Assembly: GCF_963921235.1 (NCBI RefSeq)
Contig: NC_086108.1
Span: 60,142,001-60,206,000 of the forward strand
Source of the DNA: Mobula hypostoma
Taxonomy: Eukaryota
Direction: 5' to 3'
DNA length: 64,000 bases
In this document: piece by piece, positions 13,671-25,651 of the stretch
Layout of the letters: the number at the start of each line of letters is the position of its first letter
Position numbering within the stretch: the first letter of the stretch is position 1
Made by a program: the position numbers and the translations under genes
The notes under the pieces: model-generated
Databases searched by the model: none
The model's input: only the letters and a program-made list of their open reading frames with translations
What the model was told of the DNA's origin: nothing

Positions 13671-13999
13671 GTGGCTTAGAAGTCTGTTTTGGGGACCCAG
13701 CAACTTATTACTTGTTTCTCATGACATCCCAGGATACACCTGGTCATGCTTTGGGAAGTTATCCACATTTATGTGTTTCAAGACCTGCAGCGTCTCCTCC
13801 TTCATTATGCTGACATGCCCCAAGATGTCACTGTTACGTCATCATCAGGAGGTCAAATGAGGTCAGCTTGAGCAACAGATCTCGGAGCTTAACCATTGGC
13901 TGGAGGCAGTATAGTTCACCTGTGAGGCTGAGAGATTGTAGGTAGCACATTTTTCTGAGACAGTCCTGCCAAATCTTAAAGGAAAGCAAGGAAATTATG

Positions 14000-14485
14000 A
14001 TCCTGAATAAGAGGTGGCCAATTTTGATGACTTATGGCAGGGTCTACCAAAAATAAAATAGGACCAATTAGTGTGCAATCAACTTTCAGAGAGAGATGAG
14101 GAGCAAAATGTTCCCATAAGGATGCTTAATCAAACAATATATTTACAGTATTACTCAAATATTCCTGAAATATTAAATGCACAACACTCTCAAATTGGAA
14201 GCTAGTGCCAATACAATGGCTCAGAAGCAGTAACTTAAAGCTAAATAAATTCTGCTCATCTATAGTGCCACTCTAAACTGTAGACTTCCTTCTAGAACAA
14301 GGGTTAAGTTAAGCAGGGAGCGTTGCAGTTGCTGTGCTTTGATCAAGACACGGCAAGACTGAAATGAAAGGAAGGGTTAAACACAACCACAATGGAGAAT
14401 TAATTGGCTGGAAGGTGCATTCTCATGTGCGTGATAATGGATCCGTTCAGATGCCCGCCTGCGGTAGAGTCCATAGTTGTGACAG
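14000..14485 (-). mobile_element. Possible LTR-like fragment(s)
   Basis: Minus strand begins tgtcaca near 14485, and a second TG-start block 'tgttgtgcatttaatatttcagg' begins near 14186; no TSD confirmed. Confidence 0.3.
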
Positions 14486-14515
14486 ATAGTGAGAAGGATA
14501 GTCTTAAGTAGTGTT

Positions 14516-14806
14516 GGAGTGTGGCCAAATGGTTAAGGCATTTGTCTGGTGATTTGAAAGTCACTAGTTCAAGCCTTGGCTGAGGCAGTGTGTGTGTCCT
14601 TGAGCAAGGCACTTAACCATACATTGCTCTGCGACGACACCGGTGCCAAGCTAATGCCCTTCCCTTGGACAACATCGGTGGCGTGGAGAGGGGAGACTTG
14701 CAGCGTGGGCAACTGCTGGTCTTCCATACAACCTTGCCCAGGCCTGCGCTCTGGAAACCTTCCAAGGCACAAATCCATGATCTCATGAGACTAACGGATG
14801 CCTATA
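14516..14806 (+). mobile_element. tRNA-derived SINE with RTE-like 3' end, copy 2
   Basis: Colinear with 11259-11566: same A/B boxes, 'gtccttgagcaaggcacttaa' and 'gactaacggatgcc' end. Confidence 0.87.
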
Positions 14807-14829
14807 ATAGTTTTAAATAACAGAACAGT

Positions 14830-15360
14830 GTTGATGAGGTGATAATATAGGCAACAGGAGATGGAATTTAATCCTACTACGTGGGAGGTAATACATTTTG
14901 AGAAAACCAATAGGTTCAAGGAGTATTGAGAAATGGACCCCTGAAGGGACAGCAAAAGCAAATAAGATGTTTATGAAGGCACGCAGGGTACTTGCCTTCA
15001 TTAGCTGGGGCATAGAATACAAGAACAGAGACATAGTAGTATGTCACAGTGAGAGTACTGTGTGCGGTCTCCACACTACAGGGACTGGGGTGCAGAGGCG
15101 GTTCACCAGGATATTGCCTGGGATAGAGCATTTCAGCTCTGAAAGACTGATTGGCTGGGTTTGTTTTCTCATGAGAAGAGAAGGATGAGAGAGGGCCAGA
15201 TGGAGTAATTACACGGGCTGATAGCATAGCAAAAAACTTCTGAACGTAGCAGAGGTGTCAAAAACCAAAAGGATAGGTTTAGTATAATCAATAGGAAATA
15301 TAATGGGGTTCTGAGGAAAATTTCTTTTCATACAGAGGGTGGCTGGAATCTGAAATGCAT
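14830..15360 (+). mobile_element. Degenerate CR1 RT C-terminal fragment
   Basis: 'LAFISWGIEYKNRDIV', '[17 protein letters not shown]'. Confidence 0.8.
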
Positions 15361-15569
15361 CACCTGTACTCCAGACACCTTGCTACCTGCTTCCAATACC
15401 CAGAGCACCTGCGAAATAAGGGCTCTTTGTCCAGACTTATTGGGGACCAGAGGCAGCTCCTTCATATGGTAGGCCAGTTCAATGTTGTTCAGTTGAATAA
15501 AGCAGGCATCAGAGGCAAAGTTTTTAACCATTACTTAAGATTTCTGAAAAGCGGATTGTCATGCTAATC

Positions 15570-16200
15570 AGACACAACCACGAGAACATCTGCAGGTGCT
15601 GGAAATCAAAGCAACGCATAGAATGGTGGAGGAACTCAGCAGGTCAGGCAGCATCATGGAAAAGAGTAAACAGTCGACGCTTCGGGCTGCGGTCCTTCAT
15701 CGGGACTGGAAAAAAAAGATGAGGTCAAAGCAAGAAGGTGGGGGAAGGGACGGAAGAAGTACAAGGTGGTAGGTGATAGGTGAAACTGGGAAGGAGGAGG
15801 GGGAAAGTAAAGAGCTGGGAAGTTGAATGGTGAAAGAGATAAAGGACTGGAGAAGGTGGAAACTGGTAGGAAAGAGTAGAAGACCATGGAAGAAAGGGAA
15901 GGGGGGAGAGCACCAGGGGGAGATGATGGGCAGGTAAGGAGCTAAAGTGAGAGAGAGAAATGGGAAGGGGGGAATGGTGAAGTGGGGGGCAATTACTGGA
16001 AGTTCAAGCAATTGATGATCATGCCATCAGGTTGGAGGCCAGCCAGATGGATTATAAGGGGTTGCTTCTCCAATGGGAATGGGAAGTAGAATTGAAATGG
16101 GTGGCCATTTCAAAATGCTGATGGAACTCAGCAGGTCAGGCAGCATCTATGGAAATGAATATACCGTTGACATTCAGGGCCAGGCCCCTTCATCAGGATT
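15570..16200 (-). mobile_element. Penelope-like element 3' region (GIY-YIG C-terminus, pyrimidine-rich tract, two degenerate hammerhead motifs)
   Basis: Antisense of ~15998-16073 encodes 'LEKQPLIIHLAGLQPDGM'; degenerate hammerheads at 15671-15708 (ccgatga...gaagc gtc) and ~16165-16200, each with the shared tail. Confidence 0.8.
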
Positions 16201-16324
16201 ATTGCCACTTTGTCAATTGAAGAAGCTAGCTAAGTGCAAATTCATTGCCATGCATCATATGACATGACAGTATCGATATTTCTTTGTCTGTTAAGTCCTT
16301 TTGGTTGTTATGTCACACCCTTTT

Positions 16325-16822
16325 CAAGGCAGTTAGTCCACCTTTGGTTCCCACCTGGCACTCAGTTCTCACCTGTGGCTCCCTGTAGCTGCTTGCATGC
16401 GACAGCGGCCACACTCCAGGCAACGGCTTCGACAAGCCGGCTAAACCAGCTGAGGGTAGCCGACAGGTCTCAAACCCTCGGTGAGATAGGGAGTTGTCTA
16501 TCCCAGCATGTGAAGACAGACTCCAGCGGGTTGAGCGGACGAGACTAATGGAAGGTCCAACGGTCAAGAAGGCGTCTCTGCAAGCGTCGTGGAACGTGTA
16601 GAGCACGACAAGACACAGAAGACGTCCTGGTCATCCACTGCACCTAGTCCCATCTCCAGCCGTCTAGACTCTGTCTTGCCACTGGATCCAGATGGGAATT
16701 GGGAAGAGAGAGTGAGGCTGACGCTGCGCAACTCTCCCTCACTTAAATCCAAATCACGCGCTAGTCTCAACACCATCATAATGGTGTCGAGGTCCTCATC
16801 GACGTCGACGATGGACGGTCAC
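16325..16822 (+). mobile_element. Probable non-autonomous RTE-derived element
   Basis: CpG-rich, non-coding ~500-bp island with sharp edges; 'gcgcaactctccctcacttaaatccaaatc' and end 'cctcatcgacgtcgacgatggac' resemble RTE UTR segments (recall). Confidence 0.55.
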
Positions 16823-17259
16823 AAGTCCTTTCATCAGCACAGGCCTGTATGTAGATATAACTCTTTGATTTCATGCTTGATTCCATAATCCTTCGCTGAT
16901 GTTTTCCATTTAACTTGTTATTGTTAGGTCAAAAATAATTCTTAAAAATTAATATTTAAAACATTATTTTAGCATCATATTTATTTTGAAAGATTACATT
17001 TAGAAATAAAACATTTTGGAGAGCAAACTGTGGCCTTAAGCGTTACTTCCCCAGGACTGAGTCCAGCCATTGAACAATTCGGAGGACTATAACAACCTTT
17101 TGGTAATGACTTGCCTTCATTTGTTATAATAATAAAATGCACTTAAAACTGCTAACAGTGTGACTAATTCCTTAGTCTTTGTTGCTTGAACCCCTACATA
17201 AGAACAAAAGTGTTTATTTCTAAATCCGAATGCAGGCAAAAATCCCAAGGTGATCCACG

Positions 17260-17695
17260 GAAACATCAACATACAAAATTTGACAGTGAGCCACACAGTG
17301 CGATAATGGGACAAATGATCAAAAGCTTGGGAAAACAGATAGATTTTATGGATTATCTTAAAGAAGGAAATAAAGCTAAATAAAGCTAGAGATATGGCAA
17401 GGTTTAGGAAGAGAATTTACAGAGCTTAAAGTCTTAGCAGCTGAAGGCGTAGTTGCCAAAGTAGAGGGATTAAAATCAGAGATCTTTAAGAGGCAAGTGT
17501 CAGAGGAAGGCAGATACCTTGGAAGGTTGTAGGCCTCAGGAAGACTGAAGAAATAGGAAGGAAAAGCGTTGTATGAAATCTGAAAAATGAACATGAATTT
17601 GAAAATCAAAGTACTGTATGCTTAATTGCAGGCAGTGTAGTTCAGGAAGAATGTGGCTAATGGTGAATGGGACGGTGAGAGTTAGGGCAAAGGCA
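17260..17695 (-). mobile_element. Old L2-like LINE 3' fragment
   Basis: Antisense 'gccttcagctgctaagactttaagctctgtaaattctcttcc' matches the 'AFS....LWNSLP' end of L2-clade ORF2. Confidence 0.55.
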
Positions 17696-17764
17696 ATTAC
17701 CTCAATTTTAATAATGGCCGAATATCCAGGCTACCTGGGGGAGCTTTGGAAAAGTCAAGTCTAG

Positions 17765-18102
17765 AGGTGTCCATCGTTAAGGACCCCTGCCACCCAGGAC
17801 ATGCCCTCTTCTCGTTGTTACTGTCGGAAACCTGAAGGCACACACTCAGTGATTCAGGAACAGCTTCTTCTCCTCTGCCATCAGATTTCTGAATGGATGT
17901 TGAACCCATGAACACTACCTCACTACTTTTTATTTGCCTTTTTTGCACAACGTATTTTAACTTAACTATTTAAAAGACATGTATCTACTTACTGTAATTC
18001 AGTTTTTTCTCTATATTTATTTATCATGTAATTCAATGTACTGCTGCCGTAAAATTAACAAATTTCACGACATATGCTGCTGATATTAAACCTGATTCTG
18101 AA
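17765..18102 (+). mobile_element. Rex1/Babar LINE 3' end
   Basis: 'IVKDPCHPGHALFSLL', 'FRNSFF'; tail 'gatattaaacctgattctga'. Confidence 0.8.
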
Positions 18103-19250
18103 TAGTAAGGCACTTGACAAGGTCCCGCATGGGATGCCCGTCAAGAGGGTTCAGTTGCTCGACATTCAAAGATGAGGTTGTAAATTGGATTAGACATTGG
18201 TTTTGTGGGAGAAGCCAGAGAGTGGTAGTAGACGGTTACCTCTCTGATGAAGGCCTGTGACTAGTGGAGTGCCACAGGGATTGGTGCTGGGTCCTTTGTT
18301 GTTTGTCATCTATATCAATGATCTGGATGATAATGTGGTTAACCGGACCAGCAAATTTGCGGATGACACCAAGATTGGGGGAGTCGTGGACAGTGAGGAA
18401 GACTATCATGGCTTGCAGAGGGATCTGCGTCGAGGAAAAAAATAGGCTGAAAAATGGCAGAAAGAATTGAATGCAGACAAGTGCGAAGTTTTGCACTGGG
18501 TAGGATCAACCAGTATAGGTCTTACACAGTAGGGCACTGAGAAGAATGGTTGTTCAAGGGGATCTGGGAATACGGGTACATAATTCATTGCATTGCAGGT
18601 AGATAGGGTCGTACATAAAGCTTTTGGCACATTAGCCTTCATAACTCAATGTATTGGTACTGAAAATAGGATGTTGTGTTGAACGTATGAGATGTTGGTG
18701 AGGCTTAATTTGGAGTATTGTGTGCAGTTTTGTTCACCTACATACAGGAAAGATGTAAACAAGAGTGCAGAGAAAATTTACAAGGATGCTGCTGGGACTG
18801 GCAGACCTGAGTTGCAGTAAAAGGAAAGACTGAATAGGTTAGGACTGTATTCTTTAGAACATAGAAGATTGAGAGGAGATTTGATAGAGGTATACAAAAT
18901 TATGAAGGGTATAGATAGGGTAAATACAAGTAGGCTTTTTCCACTGAGGTTGGGTGGGACTACAACCAGAGGTCAAGGCTTAAGGGTGAAAGGTGAGAAA
19001 TTTAAGGGGAACATGAAGGGAAACTTCTTCACTCAGAGGGTCATGAGTATGTAGAATAAGCTGCCAGCAAAAGTGGTCCATGCAAGCTCAACTTCAATGT
19101 TTAAGAGAAGTTTGGATAGGTACATGGATAGTAGGCATATGGAGGGCTATGGTCCTGGTGCAGGTCGATGGGAGTAGGCAGATTAAATGGTTTCAGCATG
19201 GACTAGATGGGATGAAGGGCCTGCTTCTGTGCTGTCATTCTCTACGACTA
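18103..19250 (+). mobile_element. 5'-truncated CR1 LINE
   Basis: '[33 protein letters not shown]', 'RGDLIEVYKIMKGIDRV'; CR1 3' end. Confidence 0.92.
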
Positions 19251-20881
19251 TTACTCTAAATGGATGTTTGCAGGTTTTTCTAGCAGATGTACTGAGGCTG
19301 GGACAGGGTTGAGTAATGAGAGACAGAGTGAAGAGATAAGGTCAAAATAATGGTAGGAGTGGTTTTAAAATGTTGCTGTAGAGTGACCAAGGTTGCTAGG
19401 CAAAGCATTGGAATCAGTAGTAAGGGGAATTTGGAAACGGGATTTAATATCTTCACACAGTGTACATTCAGTTGTCAAACCTGAGTCAATCAGGTACAGT
19501 TGAGTGTGTGATCAGATGTTGCTGGTGTCATTTGCTGCCTGAACAACTCATGTGAAGATATTCTTTCTCTGGCAGTTTCATGAATAGATCTAATTATGGG
19601 AGTAAATGGGGGTCCCTGACTACCAGGAAGACATCCTTGGATGACACTTTGGAGCTACCTTTGTACTATAGGAATCACCTTGGAACCAGACTTGTTATTC
19701 CTAGATGCTTTCTTGTATATGGCTATGATATCTTAGGCCTGTAGCCCTGGTATGTCTAAGGTCTTATTATTGAGTATGTTGTTCCTCATCTTGTACCAGT
19801 GAGCTCCCATTCATCAATTCCTCACTGTGTCTGCCACCTCTATAATTTTAATTACTGTATATACTGGTGCTATTTTATGATCACAGTTAATCCATTATGT
19901 TTCAATTTTCTCCCTTCAACAGGTAGGTTAGTGGGAATGAAGAATGATATTTCTCTCAAAAAAACCTTCTGCCACCATATCTGTTTGAATCTGCATCACT
20001 TGGACAGAATGAGCAAAGGCCAATCAAAGGGAAAATTTTTTAAAAAGTTAAGAGAAAATAGTATTTTTTCATGGGGAGGAATATACTGAAGGTGGAGGGA
20101 AGATGTGGTTGAATAGATTAATAGATCAATATCATTGTGAATGGAGGGCCAAAGCCCTTACTGTATAATACACCTACTGGGGAAAAAATTCTAATAGAAA
20201 ATCTGCCATTGTATAACCTCCAATGATAAAAGGCAAGTGAATCAAAGATCAAGAGTAACTGGTTATTGCAACCTCAAATCACTTAATCTCAGTCAGAGGA
20301 CTGACAGAACCTCTCAATTATATTTTAAAGCATTCACTGGAGTTTGGCGAAAGGAAAATATTTTCTGTAAAGTATCTACTCAATTTCCTGTCAGACAAAT
20401 GACAAAAAATAGGAGTCAAGACAGCAAGTTTGAGAAATCAGAATATCTTTCAATCAATGTCCAGAATGTAATCATTTTCACCTTGGCCTGACTGTTTATT
20501 AAAACAATCATTAAATTTCCTACTTTCTCTGCTCTTCAAAGTGCCAATCAATACCACGTGATCACTTTGTTACTAGCACAGTGAAATATTGAACTGCAGA
20601 AAATAAACTGTCGAAAACTTCAAGTTAAAACTCTTATGTGCCATCTGACTTGTAAACTTAATATCTGCTAATTCAGTAAATATCATGATGAGTTCTGAGT
20701 GTAAATATAACATTAGAGTAAATGGAAGCTCAGTCAATGCTCCCATTCATTTTCACTCCCTTCTATGTTCTCGAAAACTGCAAATTCTAAATCTACACAC
20801 CTGAAAATGTTTTTTCTCCAGAGCAAAAATATGATTTGAATATTTAAATATCAAAGTTAAAAAATACACATGGACTAAGAT

Positions 20882-23800
20882 GTTAACTGTCCTGTGCTAT
20901 CACCAGTGGGATCATCAGTTGATCTGCCACCTGTCTTCAGGAGTTTCGGCCCGCTTATGATCAAGACTCCCTCGAGGCGGGGGGCCAGCAGTGTTAAAGC
21001 ACCACCTCCCACTGGTGAGCTTAAAAACTTGGCATCTGCCTCTATCAGAGTTGTTGATCACTTCCATCCATCAATAGTCTGCTCTTCAGGTGTCTATGCA
21101 ACTACTGAAGGGTTTGCAAGATATATATACACTGTCTGACTATCTGCCTCCCTGGACATACTTGGTCCACACCCACGCTGACCCTTTCTCTGCTGCCTCA
21201 GCTACAGCCCTGCTGGTTGACTTGACCTCTCTTCTCATGAAGCCAAGGTCACGCAGCCACTTCTGGAAAGTGAACGCAATAAACCCACAGCAGCCTACTT
21301 CGAATGGATAGCATGAGACCTTCCACCCTCTGTCTCTGCACTCTGATCTTAATTCTGCATACTTGGTTAACTTGCGCTCATGGGCTTCATCGATGTTATC
21401 TTCCCAGGGGACTGTGAGTTCACCAATAACCACTTCTCTACTGGTGTCAGATCATACGATTATATTTGCATGCAATGTGGTAAAAGCTATTTGTTCCGGG
21501 AAACTGACTTTCCCATCCAGGTCGGCCTTGACACACCAATCATTGGCTGGAGAAAGTATGCTTGATCGTGAGCCTATACTGTACACCCTTGACTTGGAGC
21601 CTTCTTTCACAAATGATATGTGATGTTCTGTGCAGCATGGGGCATGAGATAAGTTGTGCTGCAGTACTCTCTGCTCAACCGCTTCTGTCACAACTTTGAG
21701 AACATTGTTAGGTCGCCATGTGTACATGCCACTGGAAAGATTGACTCTGCATCCACTCAAGATATGTTGAAGTGTTCCCTTCTCGCCACAAGCAGCACAC
21801 CTGTCTGTCTTATCTTCATACCAGGTGATGAGGTTGGCAGGTGTTGGGAGCAGATCGTATGCTGCTCTGCATAGAAAAGAAATGTGGAGCTGTTCCATCT
21901 GCCACAGAACATTCCAAGATTGATGTCATTATTCAACACTTTCCCACCAGGTCCAAGCCCCTTGTTTGGCCAGGCCAGCTGTTTTATCTAACCTCTTCTC
22001 CTCTTCTACCTCTCGTATTTCTTGTGTTACAAGCTCACGGCGCTCCTTACCTGCGAAGATGACCAGCACTTGTGAGTTGTCCATCCAAGTCCCTGGCGGC
22101 CTAGCTGGATAGCCCCAACCATCTCCTTCTGCTTCAATCTGGACTCTGCCTCATCAACTGCTACATGGGCTGACCACTTCCTGCTTGATCTCACATCCGG
22201 CTGGGTGTTCTTGATGACAGGGTCTTTTGAGTCTCGAAGCATCAAGAATGATCTTACCTTGGCTACCTTGACCTCTTCAACAAGGGATTGCACTGGTGTG
22301 GTAAGCTTTGTCTGGCTACTGTGGATTGCAACGTTGGTGAGGCTGCTCGGTACTCCAAGCCACTTCTTCACATACTTGTTATCTTCCGTTCCATTGCCTC
22401 AACATGGGACATTGCCACTTCATAGACAGTTAGTGGCCACATTATCCATGGCATCAGTCCGTACTGCAAGCACCACAACTTCAACTTGCTAGGCAAGCCA
22501 CACTTGTCAACAGACATCAGACCTCCGCTGATCTGTTCTCCTGTCTCTTGAACCCTCTTGGTATCTCTCAGCGCCTCTGTGTACCATCGCCCGAGGCTCT
22601 TAACTGGTTGGTCCTGAATGGATGGAATCTCCTCTCCACAAAGGGTGAAATGAAAGTCAACCAGCTTTCCTCTCCTAAGAACAAGGCTCCTTGACTTCTT
22701 GGTCTTGAACTTCATTCTTCCCCAATCCATTAGCTCCTCGAGTCTAGATAGTACCTTTTCCACTGCCTCCGTGCTGGGACCCAAAAGGGTGAGATCATCC
22801 ATGAACACTCGTATTGGTAGTAACTCCCCTCCACCATCAAGTGCGACATCTGGTCCCACTGATTCTGCAGCCCTCACAATGACCTCCATGGCTAATACAA
22901 AAGGATGGGCGAAATCGCACATCCCATTGGGATTCCAACATCCAAGCTCTGTCACCTAGTTGTAAACTGCTGAGTGGAAAACCTCATCTGGAAATCGTTG
23001 TAGTAGTGCATAACAAAGTTCCTCACCTTAGCAGGAATCCATAGGAATTCCATCGCAAAATCAATCAGGACATGGAGAACAGAACCATATGCATTTGCCA
23101 GATCAAGCCAAACTACAGCCAGATTCCTTCTCAACCTTTTTGACTCCTGGATGGTATGCCATATCATACTAGAATGTTCTAGGCATCCTGGGAAGCCTGG
23201 TATTCCTGCCTTCTGCACAGATGTATTTACTAATCCATTATCTATCACAAATGAAGATATTCTTTCTGCCAGAATGCCAACATAATCTTGCCCTCTACAT
23301 TCAGGAGTGAAATTGGTCGGAGCTGTTTCAATGTAGAAGAATTCTCTTCCTTCGGGATGTATACTCCTTCAGCCTCACTCCATGACAAAGGAACAACACC
23401 TTGTCTCCACACCACCTTTAACAATCTCCACAAGTATTTCCTCAGCTGTTCACACTTCTTGAACACCTTATACAGCACTCCATTAGGTCCTGGCACTGCG
23501 CCTGACCTTGCCTTTCTGATGAACTGTTCGACTTCTGCCAGTTTGGATTCTGACAGATCGAACTTCACTCCTGGCTTGGTAGGCTTCACAAGCCCTGAAA
23601 TGTCAAGCAAAGGAGCCTCCCGCTGTTCGTTAGAGTAAGTGTTTGCCAGGTGATCCTCAAGTTCTTGTTGGGAGATGTTAAGCTGCCCGCTCTTACTTTG
23701 TTCAAACAGTTTCTTTGTGAACTCGTGAGGGTTCTCAAAGAATGACTTTCTTGCCTTCTCTCTCTTCTTTCTCTTTGTACATTGTGACTCTGCATGACGG

Positions 23801-24532
23801 AGTGATGCTAGCTTTATTTGAAAATGCTCTGGGAGATCAGCAAGCCCTGGCTTGTCACCCTCACTTGCTACCTTCCACCTCTGTCTCAATGATCTAAGCT
23901 CTCTCCTCAACCTACTAATCTCCTTCTGGCGCCTGCTTTGTTGCTGTGTAGGCTTTGCTTTCTTCAACTCAACCAAACCCAACCTGTACTTTCCAACATC
24001 GTAAATCATATTGCCCATCACTTCCAACTTTCTCTTTGATGTTCCCTTGAGAGTGTTCTCCAACATCATACTGATATCCTCATCAAATACATGCCAAGAC
24101 TTCTCATCTGCCATTGCTGACCACTTGACCTTCCTCTTCTTCTCTACCTCCTCATCACCGCCATCATGCGAAGGATCTACCTGGGTACTGTGGTCTGAAA
24201 CCTGACCTGGGTTATCTCTCATCTGACCTGGAGTATGGTGACACTCTCCAGAGCGAATCATTGTGGCTTGTGAATCAGTGATTGAAAAGACCACATCATC
24301 TGTGCTTAGTGAAGTAATCTCATCTTCATCCACTAGGATGGAATAGCACCTCAATTTTGCTTGGTGGACTCATAAACCTTTAATGCTGGAAAACGCCCTC
24401 CCACACCAACACACTGGACACTTGGAGCCTCTTATCCTAGCTCTTGGTTGTAGTCATTCCCTGTAATTAACTGTATCCGTCCAATTGGGTCCATCATTCT
24501 CCCTCCATCTCGGAGGATCTCAAGGGTATGTT
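20882..24532 (-). mobile_element. HERO/NeSL-clade (R2 group) non-LTR retrotransposon, near full length, frameshifted
   Basis: N-terminal zinc finger 'CWCGRAFSSIKGL*VHQAK' (~24357-24413); RT 'RPISLLNVEGK', 'VVWLDLANAYGSV', 'FMDDL'; CCHC knuckle 'CAACGEKGTLQHILSGC'; restriction-like endonuclease 'ELTVPWEDNIDEAHERKLTKY', 'PFEVGCCGF'. Confidence 0.92.
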
Positions 24533-24899
24533 TCAAATCACACCATAGCAAAATTCAGCAAAGTGCTTCCAGTCACAATTCCTTCCTCTTCAATGTCTAT
24601 CACAGTTATACAAGAGATGGCATCATTCATTATGCAATACATCTTTTGACGCATTACAGTAAATATTGTGGGGCATTCCCAAGACATTTAGGTCTGCAAA
24701 GTTCAGCATTGGTTTGGGGTCCAGTGAGCTAGGTTGTGCACTTACTTCACATTTATTGGGTCTGTGAACCCAGAACATAACATCAATATCACTCTCTCCC
24801 ACCCCCACCTATTCCAACCAATCCACCCTCCCTCCAGACAAACACATCTGCCTCCAGAGCCACCACTATACCTCCTGACTCACTATTCTCCCTTGCACT

Positions 24900-25230
24900 T
24901 TAGAGTTATGGAGTCACACATCATCATGACTCTGTCAGCCATCAGTTATCCAGAACTACTAATCCAATTTTAAAGCACTTGGCCTTGGTGATTCAGGTGC
25001 TTGTCCAGATGCTTCTTATTTTGTGAAAGCATCATCTCAGGCACAGTCTGGGTGAAAAATCTTTACCTCAGGTCCATTCGATCCCTTTGATCTTCACTAC
25101 TAACTACATCTTCTAGTTTCTGACATTTAGTGGAGTAAGGTTTCTTACTATCCCTCCTACCTATTCACACAGAACTTTGTAAGCTTTTTCTATTCCAAGG
25201 AAAATAAATTTAGCCTATCCACTCTTTCCT
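24900..25230 (-). mobile_element. Old CR1 3' remnant
   Basis: 'tctgggtgaaaaatctttacctcagg', 'ttccaaggaaaataaatttagcctatccactctttcc' are antisense CR1 C-terminal motifs. Confidence 0.5.
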
Positions 25231-25555
25231 GGTGAATCTTCTCTGTCTCCCTCTGCTGTCCTACTTGCCATCATATTCCTTGTCTCATCTAATCGTCAAC
25301 ATCTCTCATGCTTCTTCACCATCTTCTTGTCCAGTTCTGCAAACGTTCTTCCTGACTCTCTCTCCATCACCACTGATCTCTTCCCCTCTCAGACAACCAA
25401 ACTCCTTCCCAGCCCATCGGTCTCCCTTCAGACCCACTGAGTTTTCTGTCACCTTCAGAATCGGAATCAACTTTAACATCACTGTTATATGTGGTGACAT
25501 TTGTTGTTTTGCAGCAGCAGTACATATTAATAAAAAAAACTATAAATTACAGTAA

Positions 25556-25651
25556 CACACATCAAAGTTGCTGGTGAACGCAGCAGGCCAAGCAGCATCT
25601 GTAGGAAGAGGTGCAGTCGACGTTTCAGGCCGAGACCCTTCGTCAGGACTG
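25556..25651 (-). mobile_element. 96-bp Penelope-derived mini-insertion (hammerhead + tail) with TSD
   Basis: Direct repeat taaattacagtaa at 25543-25555 and 25652-25664. Confidence 0.88.
25614..25651 (-). ncRNA. Minimal type-I hammerhead ribozyme motif, intact core
   Basis: Reverse complement: cagtc CTGACGA a gggtc tc ggcct GAAAC GTC gactg; stem I cagtc/gactg, stem II, palindromic ACGT stem III, GUC cleavage triplet. Confidence 0.8.

Noticed and set aside
15654..16011. Pro/Phe/Leu/Ser-rich ORFs (also 50095-50544)
   Set aside because: Translations of the low-complexity purine/pyrimidine tract of the Penelope 3' region.
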